NCBI GenBank assembly: GCA_030616165.1
Contig: JAUWXV010000058.1
Coordinates: 1 to 16,683 of the forward strand
Direction of reading: 5' to 3'
DNA length: 16,683 nucleotides
Origin: a bacterium
Lineage (GTDB): Bacteria > SM23-31 > JAUVVT01
In this document: piece after piece, positions 7,692 to 14,907 of the stretch
Layout: each line of letters opens with the position of its first letter
Numbering within the stretch: the first letter of the stretch is position 1
The notes under the pieces: model-generated
Told to the model about the DNA's origin: nothing
The model's database searches: none
What the model saw: the letters and a program-made list of their open reading frames with translations, nothing else
Program-made: the position numbers and the translations under genes

Positions 7692-9080
7692 TTAATTTTC
7701 TTTCAGAAAACAGGTATCAAGTTCTCCTTTCGCCTTATATTCATTAAGTTTATTTCTTAACGTTCTTACTGAAATATCAAGGATTTCGGCAGTTTTTGTT
7801 CTATTGAAGTCATTGTTTTTCAATGTTTTTAATATTTGTTGTTTTTCGAGTTCTCTTAATGTCATTTGAGTATCTTCAGAATGAAATTCACTTGACTGGT
7901 CAAATCCATCTTCCTCAAAGAGAAAATGCCTAATCTGTAAAATAGGCTCTTTACTGATAATCATTGCTCTTTCTATTCTGTTTTCGAGTTCCCTCACATT
8001 TCCCGACCAATCCAATCGCATAAGAAGAGATCCTGCCTCTCTGGAAATACCTTTTATCTCACGGTTGTGCTCTTTATTATACTTTCTGATAAAATGCTCA
8101 ACGAGTAGGGGTATATCCTTTTTCCTTTCTCGCAGTGGAGCAACATGAATTGGAATTACATTTATCCTGAAATACAAATCTTCTCTGAACCTCTCTTTTT
8201 TAATTTCTTCTTTAATATCCTTGTTTGTAGTTGCTATAATCCTCACATCAACCTTAATACTCTGAGTATCTCCAACCCTTTCAAACTCTTTTTCCTGAAG
8301 GACTCTAAGCAGTTTTGCCTGAAGTCCGGCGCTCATCTCGCTGACCTCATCGAGCAGAAGCGTTCCGGTATGTGCTGCTTCAAACCTCCCTTTCCTTGCC
8401 TTTATAGCGCCGGTAAATGCACCCTTTTCATGCCCGAAAAGTTCGCTCTCCATTAGCCCTTCGGGAATAGCAGCACAGTTCGTCTTTATAAAAGGTTTGT
8501 CTCTGCGCGGGCTGTTATAATGAATGGCACGTGCTATTAATTCCTTCCCTGTTCCGCTCGGTCCTTGAATAAAAATTGTGGCATCACTCTCCGCAACTGT
8601 CTTAAGCATATCAAAAATCTTCCGCATTTTTGCACTCTTTCCCACAATATTATCAAATCCGTAAAGACCATCAATTTCTGAGCGAAGATATCTATTCTCA
8701 TTTTTTAGTCTGTGATGCTCAATCGCCTTTTTTACAATCAATTCTATATGGTCAAGAGAAGACTCCTTGGTTATATAATCATACGCACCCATTTTCATAG
8801 CCTCTACTGCATTTTCAATCGTGCCAAAGGCTGTTATCATAAGAATTTCTGAGCCCGGCTGTGAAATTTTTGCCTCTTTTAAAACATCCATCCCCGATAT
8901 TTCTGGCATCCGAATATCAGTTATAACTATATCATATTCAGAATTTTTTAACTTTTCAATAGCCTCTTTCCCGTTTACAGCTTCATCTGCACTACAGCCC
9001 ATTCTTTTCAATATCTCTTTTAAATAGTCCCTTATAAGAGACTCATCATCAACGACCAATACATTCTCATTTTCTGGCAT
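7692..9080 (-). CDS. sigma54-dependent response regulator (REC - AAA+ sigma54-interaction - Fis-type HTH), FlgR/FleR/FlrC-like
   Basis: Receiver domain (VVDDE ... ITDIRMP), Walker A GPSGTGKE, the sigma54-contact motif GAFTGA, Walker B LLLDEV, and a C-terminal HTH (TKTAEILDISVRTLRNKL). Lies immediately upstream of the sigma54 promoter of flgB. Confidence 0.9.
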   Translation of the reverse strand: MPENENVLVVDDESLIRDYLKEILKRMGCSADEAVNGKEAIEKLKNSEYDIVITDIRMPEISGMDVLKEAKISQPGSEILMITAFGTIENAVEAMKMGAYDYITKESSLDHIELIVKKAIEHHRLKNENRYLRSEIDGLYGFDNIVGKSAKMRKIFDMLKTVAESDATIFIQGPSGTGKELIARAIHYNSPRRDKPFIKTNCAAIPEGLMESELFGHEKGAFTGAIKARKGRFEAAHTGTLLLDEVSEMSAGLQAKLLRVLQEKEFERVGDTQSIKVDVRIIATTNKDIKEEIKKERFREDLYFRINVIPIHVAPLRERKKDIPLLVEHFIRKYNKEHNREIKGISREAGSLLMRLDWSGNVRELENRIERAMIISKEPILQIRHFLFEEDGFDQSSEFHSEDTQMTLRELEKQQILKTLKNNDFNRTKTAEILDISVRTLRNKLNEYKAKGELDTCFLKEN

Positions 9081-9119
9081 TTTTTACCCCTATCTTATTT
9101 GATAATAATTAAAAAATAA

Positions 9120-10352
9120 TCAAATAGGCAGATTTATTTCAAAAATAGCTCCCTTACCTTCTTCACTTTTAACGAATATTACTCCCTTATGGACATCAAT
9201 TATCTTTTTAACAATAGCTAAACCCAGTCCAGCTCCATTGGGCTTTGTTGTAAAAAACGGATTAAAAAGCTTTTTCTGGACACTTTCGCTCATTCCTTTC
9301 CCATTATCTTCTATAGATATAACCATATTCTTCCCATTATTTTCCATTCTTACCCCGACTCTTAATCTACCTTCATTTTCTATTGATTCTGACGCATTTT
9401 TTAAAATGTTCAGGAGAACCTGTTGAAAAAATTCCGGATCATACCTTATTTCTTTACAATCAGATGGAAAATCTCTAATAATCTCAATTTCTTTACCGTC
9501 CTGCTCCAATTCAACCTCCATAAGGCAAAGAACTTCATCAATTGTTTTAATAATATCCTGTTTTTGTAGTTCAGGTTTTATAGGTCTTGTATAAAAAAGT
9601 AGGTTTGCAGCAATTCTGTTGAGCCCGGAAACACCTTCGATAATCTTTTTCACAAGATTCCTTCTCGGGTCATCAATATCAAGGTCTCTTTCAAGAAGAG
9701 CAGCAAACCCACCAATTCCCCCAAGGGGATTCCTTATTTCATGAGCAACATTTGCTGCCATTTCCCCTAACGCAGCTAATGTTTTTGCATGCTGAACTTC
9801 TTCTTCAAGCATTTTTATCTCGGTCATATCACTGAATATCTCAACGGCACCAAGAATCTCTCCGTGCTCATTCTTCACAAGTGAAGTGCTGTATTCTATT
9901 GGAACTGTCGAACCATTAGTTGTGATTATTTCCCTCTCCTCATTTTCATATTCTTTACCGTCTTTTAGTGTCGATAAAAGAGAAAGACTCTTGTCTATTA
10001 AATTCCCATAAATATTTTTATAATATTTTCCAATTACATCTGAACTTTTCAATCCAGTAACTTCTTGTGCAGCATTATTAAAGACCGTAATTTTTCCTTT
10101 AAGATTGATTACCACAATACCCATCTTCACACTTTCAAGTATATTTCTGAGATGATTCTTTATTGAATCCATCTCTTTAAGATTTTCCGACAACTCTCTA
10201 TTTTTCTTCTCCAATTCAATATTTAGTTCCTTGACTCTCTCTTCAAGTAGTTTATAAGCATTTTCGAGTCTGAGCGTGGTCTCGCTAAAAAATTCAAAAG
10301 CATTCTTTAAAGCAGTAATCTCTTTTTCTTTAGATTTTTTCCTGACTGGCAT
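9120..10352 (-). CDS. cytoplasmic PAS-domain sensor histidine kinase, FlgS/FleS/FlrB-like
   Basis: N-terminal coiled coil, a PAS-like region, H-box AHEIRNPLGGIGGF, N-box LLNILKNASESI, G1 IEDNGKGM and G2 GAGLGLAIVKKI. No TM segments. Ends 39 bp upstream of the response regulator, so the two are likely co-transcribed. Confidence 0.85.
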   Translation of the reverse strand: MPVRKKSKEKEITALKNAFEFFSETTLRLENAYKLLEERVKELNIELEKKNRELSENLKEMDSIKNHLRNILESVKMGIVVINLKGKITVFNNAAQEVTGLKSSDVIGKYYKNIYGNLIDKSLSLLSTLKDGKEYENEEREIITTNGSTVPIEYSTSLVKNEHGEILGAVEIFSDMTEIKMLEEEVQHAKTLAALGEMAANVAHEIRNPLGGIGGFAALLERDLDIDDPRRNLVKKIIEGVSGLNRIAANLLFYTRPIKPELQKQDIIKTIDEVLCLMEVELEQDGKEIEIIRDFPSDCKEIRYDPEFFQQVLLNILKNASESIENEGRLRVGVRMENNGKNMVISIEDNGKGMSESVQKKLFNPFFTTKPNGAGLGLAIVKKIIDVHKGVIFVKSEEGKGAIFEINLPI

Positions 10353-10484
10353 ATTTTCTATTCTTTCTATTTAGTAAATTTTGTATAACTTATTATCATT
10401 AAATATAATTTTTCTCACTTCAGATGAGAAGTTTAATCATCCCGAACATTTGGAATAATTTTAAGTCCTCTTTCCGCCAAAAGC

Positions 10485-10516
10485 GAATCCGCTGATGCGG
10501 ATTCTACTTCTCTTTT
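10485..10516 (-). terminator. candidate intrinsic terminator (minus strand) separating the MEMO/PHP unit from the kinase-regulator-flagellar unit
   Basis: Perfect hairpin GAATCCGC-TGAT-GCGGATTC. On the minus strand it is followed by GC + TTTT. On the plus strand it is followed by TACTTCTCTTTTC, so it could act in both directions. Confidence 0.4.
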
Positions 10517-10540
10517 CAAAAGAAACATTCATGCTCCTTT

Positions 10541-10585
10541 GGAGCACACAAAAACATGATAATACATTCTATTTCCGGAATAAAG
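10541..10585 (+). repeat. 45-bp direct repeat copy 1 (GGAGCAC..AAAACATGATAATA..ATTTCCGGAATAAAG), containing RBS + ATG of a 26-aa mini-ORF
   Basis: 41 of 45 positions identical to copy 2 at 10799-10843. It contains GGAG, then 11 nt, then ATG. The mini-ORF (10556-10636, MIIHSISGIKNIIVNDFFYAHIFVLA) stops at the TAG embedded in the CGTAGGGGCGGG motif, right before the GC hairpins. Confidence 0.5.
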
Positions 10586-10632
10586 AACATAATTGTTAAT
10601 GATTTTTTTTATGCTCATATCTTTGTTCTCGC

Positions 10633-10697
10633 GTAGGGGCGGGCTTGTCCGCCTTTGGTGGGTTTACCCGCCTCTGGTGGGTTTACCCGCCCTTTTT
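10633..10697 (+). repeat. GC-rich hairpin repeat cluster (three stem-loops, including a 19-bp tandem repeat) ending in a T5 tract; terminator-like on the plus strand
   Basis: CGTAGGGGCGGG followed by GGCGG-GCTTGT-CCGCC, then two copies of YYTGGTGGGTTTACCCGCC (GGTGGG-TTTA-CCCGCC hairpins), then TTTTT. Its 50-67% GC stands out in a genome of about 33% GC. It shares the CGTAGGGGCGGG...TTTACCCGCCC core with the element at 14112-14143. Confidence 0.6.
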
Positions 10698-10702
10698 CAT
10701 AT

Positions 10703-10724
10703 ATGGGTGAACAAGTTCACCCAT
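10703..10724. promoter_or_regulatory. perfect 22-bp palindrome ATGGGTGAAC-AA-GTTCACCCAT (candidate operator)
   Basis: 10-bp perfect inverted arms with a 2-bp spacer, located between the GC hairpin cluster and direct-repeat copy 2. Confidence 0.4.
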
Positions 10725-10798
10725 ACGTGGATATATATTTGTTTTAATAAAAGATTAAACAACAAAAAATTTTTTATATTAAACACTCACCTTCTAAA

Positions 10799-10843
10799 GG
10801 AGCACCCCAAAACATGATAATATATTTTATTTCCGGAATAAAG
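10799..10843 (+). repeat. 45-bp direct repeat copy 2, containing AAGGAG + ATG of a 10-aa mini-ORF (MIIYFISGIK)
   Basis: Direct repeat of 10541-10585, 258 bp downstream. It ends 15 bp before the PHP gene stop on the opposite strand. Confidence 0.5.
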
Positions 10844-10857
10844 TAAAAGCATTAAAG

Positions 10858-11667
10858 TTAAGTTAATGATAAAAAAGACCTTTTTCTTTCAGAAAATCTA
10901 CAAAGCTTCCCATACCCTATTCTTTTTAATTTTTCGATTGTTTCCCTAAAACGCCAGCCTACTTCAGAAGGATTGTGCGAATCGGAACCGAGTATAATCG
11001 GTATATCTAATTCACGTGCCTTGAAAATAATTTCATCATTCGGATAAGTTTCTTTAGCCTCTTTTCTTAATCCTGAAGTATTAATCTCAAGGCAGATATC
11101 ATTTTCTTTAATAGTCTCAAGCGCATCTGTTGCTATCTCTAAATATCCGTTTTTCGGCTTATAACCGAACTTCTTTATTACATCAAAGTGAGCGATACCA
11201 TCGAAAATTTTAGTCTCGGCTGCTTTTTTAACAGTTTCAAAATATTCTCTATAAACCTCATTTATATTTCTCTTTTTGAACTCATCAATATATTTTTCAT
11301 TATCAATACCCCACTTTCCCAAAAAATGAACAGCCGCCAATACATAATCAAATTCATTTTCATCAATAATCTTTTTCACATAATCGATATACTTTGGAAA
11401 ATAATCTGCCTCGATACCAAGTTTTATATCAATTTCTGAATATCTACTTTTTAGTTCATTTATTGTATTTATATATTCTGGAAGTTCAAGAATAGTCATA
11501 CGATTTTCTGGGTCATACTCATTTGGCATTGGAATATGGTCAGCAAAACCTATCTCAAAAAACCCTTCCTTAATCGCCTGTTCTACATAATCTTCCGGAA
11601 CACCATTTGCATGCTTACATAACCTTGTATGAATATGATAATCAATCAACACTTTTGCTCGTATCAA
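10858..11667 (-). CDS. PHP-domain phosphoesterase (HisJ-family histidinol-phosphatase-like)
   Basis: N-terminal DYHIHT..C.HANG metal-binding motif, further His/Asp metal ligands (FADHIP, AAVHFLG, GSDSH). Length of 269 aa is typical of the PHP family. Confidence 0.75.
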   Translation of the reverse strand: MIRAKVLIDYHIHTRLCKHANGVPEDYVEQAIKEGFFEIGFADHIPMPNEYDPENRMTILELPEYINTINELKSRYSEIDIKLGIEADYFPKYIDYVKKIIDENEFDYVLAAVHFLGKWGIDNEKYIDEFKKRNINEVYREYFETVKKAAETKIFDGIAHFDVIKKFGYKPKNGYLEIATDALETIKENDICLEINTSGLRKEAKETYPNDEIIFKARELDIPIILGSDSHNPSEVGWRFRETIEKLKRIGYGKLCRFSERKRSFLSLT

Positions 11668-11702
11668 TACTTAAAAATTTTTAAATTTATACAGAATAAC
11701 TT

Positions 11703-12545
11703 TCAATCTCCATAAATCACAGCAGACAAATAACCCACTACCTTCCATTTATCATCTGTAACATCACCAGAGTTCTTATAACTTAGGACTTTTGAAAACT
11801 TTGCTCCTGCTAATTTTGCTGCATACATCACTGCCATCATAGGACCAGCTCCACAAGCTTCACACTTTTTTTGTTCTAAATCCCTTGATAATCCCTCAGG
11901 ATCAAGGTTATTTACCCTGTTAACGATATGATTATCTAATTTAACAGCGGTATCATAATTATGGAAATGAGAAAGATCACTTGATGCCACTGCTAAAACA
12001 TTTCTTTCCTTGAGAAATTTGCCCAATATCATTCCAAGATAAGTGCAGTTGCTGTAACTTTGGTCCCCCATTACAATCGGAAGAATTTTAAATTCCTTTA
12101 AAATAAACTGGAGAAAAGGGAGTTGAACCTCCAGTGAATGCTCATCTCCATGACCTTCATCTGATAGATAAACCTTCTCATTTGATTGAGTACAAATTTC
12201 TGCAAGTTCTTTATCAATCTTTATCCCTCCAAGAGGAGTTTCATACACATCTCCACCATATACCGAAGCTCCCATAAAATATTCCCTATGACTCGGCGCA
12301 ATAATAATAACCGTTTCGTATTCCCTTCCTTTTATCTGATTGTATGCTTCTGCTGCTACTTGGCCAGAATAAATATATCCTGCATGGGGAGAGAGCAAAC
12401 CCAAAACTTTCTCAGATACTCTTTCACCTTTCACAGATTTAAACATAGAACTTAAATCTTGAAGTAATTCATCAGATTCAAACGGATAAAAAGACCCGGC
12501 AAAAACTGCTTTTCTAACCTTCAAATTCTTGTTTATCCCTTCCAT
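11703..12545 (-). CDS. MEMO1-family protein (AmmeMemoRadiSam system protein B-like)
   Basis: AGSFYP near the N-terminus, SPHAGYIYSG and IIAPSHR motifs. 280 aa. Lies 35 bp upstream of the PHP gene, so probably one operon. Confidence 0.7.
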   Translation of the reverse strand: MEGINKNLKVRKAVFAGSFYPFESDELLQDLSSMFKSVKGERVSEKVLGLLSPHAGYIYSGQVAAEAYNQIKGREYETVIIIAPSHREYFMGASVYGGDVYETPLGGIKIDKELAEICTQSNEKVYLSDEGHGDEHSLEVQLPFLQFILKEFKILPIVMGDQSYSNCTYLGMILGKFLKERNVLAVASSDLSHFHNYDTAVKLDNHIVNRVNNLDPEGLSRDLEQKKCEACGAGPMMAVMYAAKLAGAKFSKVLSYKNSGDVTDDKWKVVGYLSAVIYGD

Positions 12546-13034
12546 AACATTTAATCCTATTATATTTTAATTAAAAACAATCCCCTATTCTAAAATTTAT
12601 TAAAAAAAAATCTTATCTACAAGTCTTTTTTTTTATATCTCTCAAAAAAATAATTGCATAACCTTTATTTTTACAAAAATATAGAGTAAACAAATCACAT
12701 AACCTAAGAAGAACTATGAAATAAAAAATGCCAAGTATATTATTATACTTGACATTCTATTACACATTTTTTAATTATTAACATCCACAGCCCATAGAAG
12801 CAGTCTCAAAATAATCCACAAACTTATGAGCAGCATAAACAGAATAAAAGTTTTCTGCTTAACATTAAGTTTATCAAATATTCGTTTCTCGTATTTAAAA
12901 AAACTTTTTACAAATTCTATCATAGAATCAAACTATAAAGGGATTTCAATCTTTATGTTTTTTTCCCTATGATACTTTTTCATTAATATATCTTCGATGT
13001 TTCTGCTTAATCCAGAATATTCATCAGGTTTCTA

Positions 13035-13817
13035 CTATTCTTTTTTCGCGAGTTCTTTCTCTTTCTTCGCAAAAGCTTCTAAAAATGGTTTAAAAAGGTC
13101 AATGGGAACAGGGAAGATAAGAGTAGAATTATTTTCGGCAGCAACATCGACTAATGTTTGCAAAAATCTAAGCTGCATAGCCATCGGATTCTTGCTTATA
13201 ATCCCAGCAGCCTCGGACAATTTTACAGATGCTGAAAGCTCTCCCTCTGCATGAACAATCTTTGCCTCTCTCTCAATATTTGCTTCAGCCTTTTTTGCCA
13301 ATGCCCTTCTCAGCTCAGGCTGGGTATAGTCAACATTTTTAACCTCTACACCGGATACCTTTATTCCCCATGGATCAGTATGAAAATCTATAATCTTTTG
13401 TAACTCTGTATTGATCTTATCTCGGTTGGCTATCAGTTCAAAAAATTCATTCTTACCAACTATCCCCCTCAAAGTTGTCTGAGCAAACTGGGTTGTCCCG
13501 TAAAGGTAATCCCTTATTTCAATAACACTATGCATGGGGTCCATCACTCTAAAAAATAGTACGGCATCTACCTTAACCGGAACCCTGTCCTTTGTAATCA
13601 TTTCCTGTGTCGGGACATCGATAACTTCTGTCCTTATACTAATTCTCCTTTCAACCCTTTCAATAAATGGAATTATTATTACAATACCCGGACCTCTGGT
13701 TCCAACATACTTCCCTAATCGAAATATCACCACCCGCTGATATTCCTTTACTATCTTTAAAGCCATTGCCACTAAAATTACAACTACACCAATAATTAAC
13801 ACAAATGCTGAAGACAT
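13035..13817 (-). CDS. SPFH/band-7 (stomatin/prohibitin-like) membrane protein
   Basis: N-terminal TM helix (FVLIIGVVVILVAMAL), an SPFH core (VVIFRLGKY ... IDVPTQEMITKDRVPVKVDAVLFFRV) and a C-terminal coiled coil (ELRRALAKKAEANIEREAKIVHAEGE). Good RBS: GGAGG 6 nt before the ATG. Confidence 0.85.
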   Translation of the reverse strand: MSSAFVLIIGVVVILVAMALKIVKEYQRVVIFRLGKYVGTRGPGIVIIIPFIERVERRISIRTEVIDVPTQEMITKDRVPVKVDAVLFFRVMDPMHSVIEIRDYLYGTTQFAQTTLRGIVGKNEFFELIANRDKINTELQKIIDFHTDPWGIKVSGVEVKNVDYTQPELRRALAKKAEANIEREAKIVHAEGELSASVKLSEAAGIISKNPMAMQLRFLQTLVDVAAENNSTLIFPVPIDLFKPFLEAFAKKEKELAKKE

Positions 13818-13884
13818 TATAACCTCCTTTTTTAATTTATAAAAAATTTAACTCTTCTAATAAAACAAAAATAATTTTCCCTGT

Positions 13885-13905
13885 CGAAGGTGTTCTTCAC
13901 CTTCG
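13885..13905. promoter_or_regulatory. hairpin CGAAGGTG-TTCTT-CACCTTCG in the 5' region of the SPFH gene
   Basis: 8-bp perfect stem about 70-90 bp upstream of the SPFH ATG, on the minus-strand template. It is followed on the minus strand by a U-rich tract, but only after about 11 nt. Confidence 0.3.
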
Positions 13906-14111
13906 CCCCTAACAAAGAACCAAACTTTAAAATACTTCTATTCAAAAGGGATTTGGATTAAAATTAATAAAGTTTAACTTAATAACCTGAATAATTCACA
14001 AATGTTTGTTAAATTAAACTTATTTCTAATAAAAACTATTTCTTAGGGTCTTCTGAAAAAAGAAATTATATATATTAAATACCTTTTCTCACAAATTATC
14101 AATGCCAAATC

Positions 14112-14143
14112 CGTAGGGGCGGGTTTACCCGCCCTTCTTTTTG
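14112..14143 (+). terminator. GC-rich hairpin element GGGCGGG-TTTA-CCCGCCC + TTCTTTTT (plus-strand intrinsic-terminator geometry). Minimal copy of the repeat family seen at 10633-10697
   Basis: 7-bp all-G/C stem, 4-nt loop, U-rich tail. It begins with the same CGTAGGGGCGGG motif. No plus-strand ORF lies upstream. Confidence 0.55.
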
Positions 14144-14582
14144 AATAATTAATGAATACGGTCTAAAGCAGTAACTAAATCTTATATAGGTAACCAAATA
14201 AAAACATAATTTAAAATGGTTGAATAGGCATTTTTTCCTGTCAATTACTATAAAACATACAAGAATTAATAACTATGATATTATATAAAAAAACAAAAAT
14301 TAAGTCTCTTTATCTGTTATTCAGGTAATACAATAATTATAAGTGTTTACTCCATCACTAACAGTAATATTTTAATAAATTAGTAACAATAATAAAAAAG
14401 TTCTTGTTTTTACGAATATATTTTGTTATATTTATAATGTAATATTATTATCAATAACAATCAGAAACTTGTTTATATTTCGATGAACTCTAAAAAATTA
14501 ACCTTCAGAATGAATTGTTAATAAAAAGCTTTATCCCGAAAATAGAACCACGAGTTTCACAGATTTAAGAAATTAGCTGTAG

Positions 14583-14603
14583 GGACAGAACAGTGTTCTG
14601 TCC
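14583..14603. promoter_or_regulatory. perfect 21-bp palindrome GGACAGAAC-AGT-GTTCTGTCC (candidate operator or RNA hairpin)
   Basis: 9-bp perfect arms. It lies in a locally GC-richer patch (14540-14640) of the ORF-free spacer and has no adjacent U-tract. Confidence 0.35.
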
Positions 14604-14829
14604 TCACAATTCTGATGGCGATGGTCTTTCAGCCTTAAAGTCAATATTTATGTAAATGATAGGATTTTATCATAGTGATAATCTTTATAATCTTATTTTT
14701 TAACGATTTACACATTTTTCAGAAAAAAAATTGTAGTTTTTTTTATAATAATAAAAAAATTTATTTTCGTAAACCTATGTAATGCATAAAATAACGAATA
14801 GTTCAATTTTTTCACTAATATAAAAAAAA

Positions 14830-14907
14830 TGATAAAAATGATAAAAAATTGTCATTTTTTATCATAAAATGATAAAATATTATCATAAAATGATAAAAAT
14901 TTATCAT
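14830..14907. promoter_or_regulatory. phased array of TGATAA/TTATCA (Fur-box-like) motifs, including about 2.5 tandem copies of a 21-bp unit TTATCATAAAATGATAAAAWT
   Basis: TGATAAA starts at 14830, 14839, 14870 and 14891. TTATCAT or TTGTCAT starts at 14849, 14859, 14880 and 14901. Spacings are 9-10, 21 and 31 bp, so all copies fall on one helical face. A further TTATCA-TAG-TGATAAT copy lies at 14667-14682. The unit resembles the Fur 7-1-7 box TGATAATnATTATCA. Confidence 0.45.

Noticed and set aside
10593-10817. 74-aa plus-strand ORF spanning the GC hairpin cluster and the 22-bp palindrome
   Set aside because: The reading frame runs through palindromic, terminator-like hairpins (RRGGLVRLWWVYPPLVGLP comes from translating the GC repeats). 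It is more likely a structured non-coding element than a protein. Only the short 26-aa ORF upstream of the hairpins is retained as a possibility.
12826-12972. 48-aa plus-strand ORF in the MEMO-SPFH intergenic region
   Set aside because: No RBS, an Ile/Ser/Phe-rich low-complexity sequence, and a 100% AT-rich context. Probably a chance ORF.
12997-13254. 85-aa plus-strand ORF at the 3' end of the SPFH gene
   Set aside because: It overlaps the SPFH C-terminus antisense, has a low-complexity Ser/Phe-rich sequence and no RBS.
14830-14907. The TGATAA array read as a chromosomal or plasmid replication origin
   Set aside because: No dnaA, rep, par or helicase genes nearby, and no DnaA-box consensus. 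The Fur-like operator-array reading fits the motif better, but iterons cannot be fully excluded.
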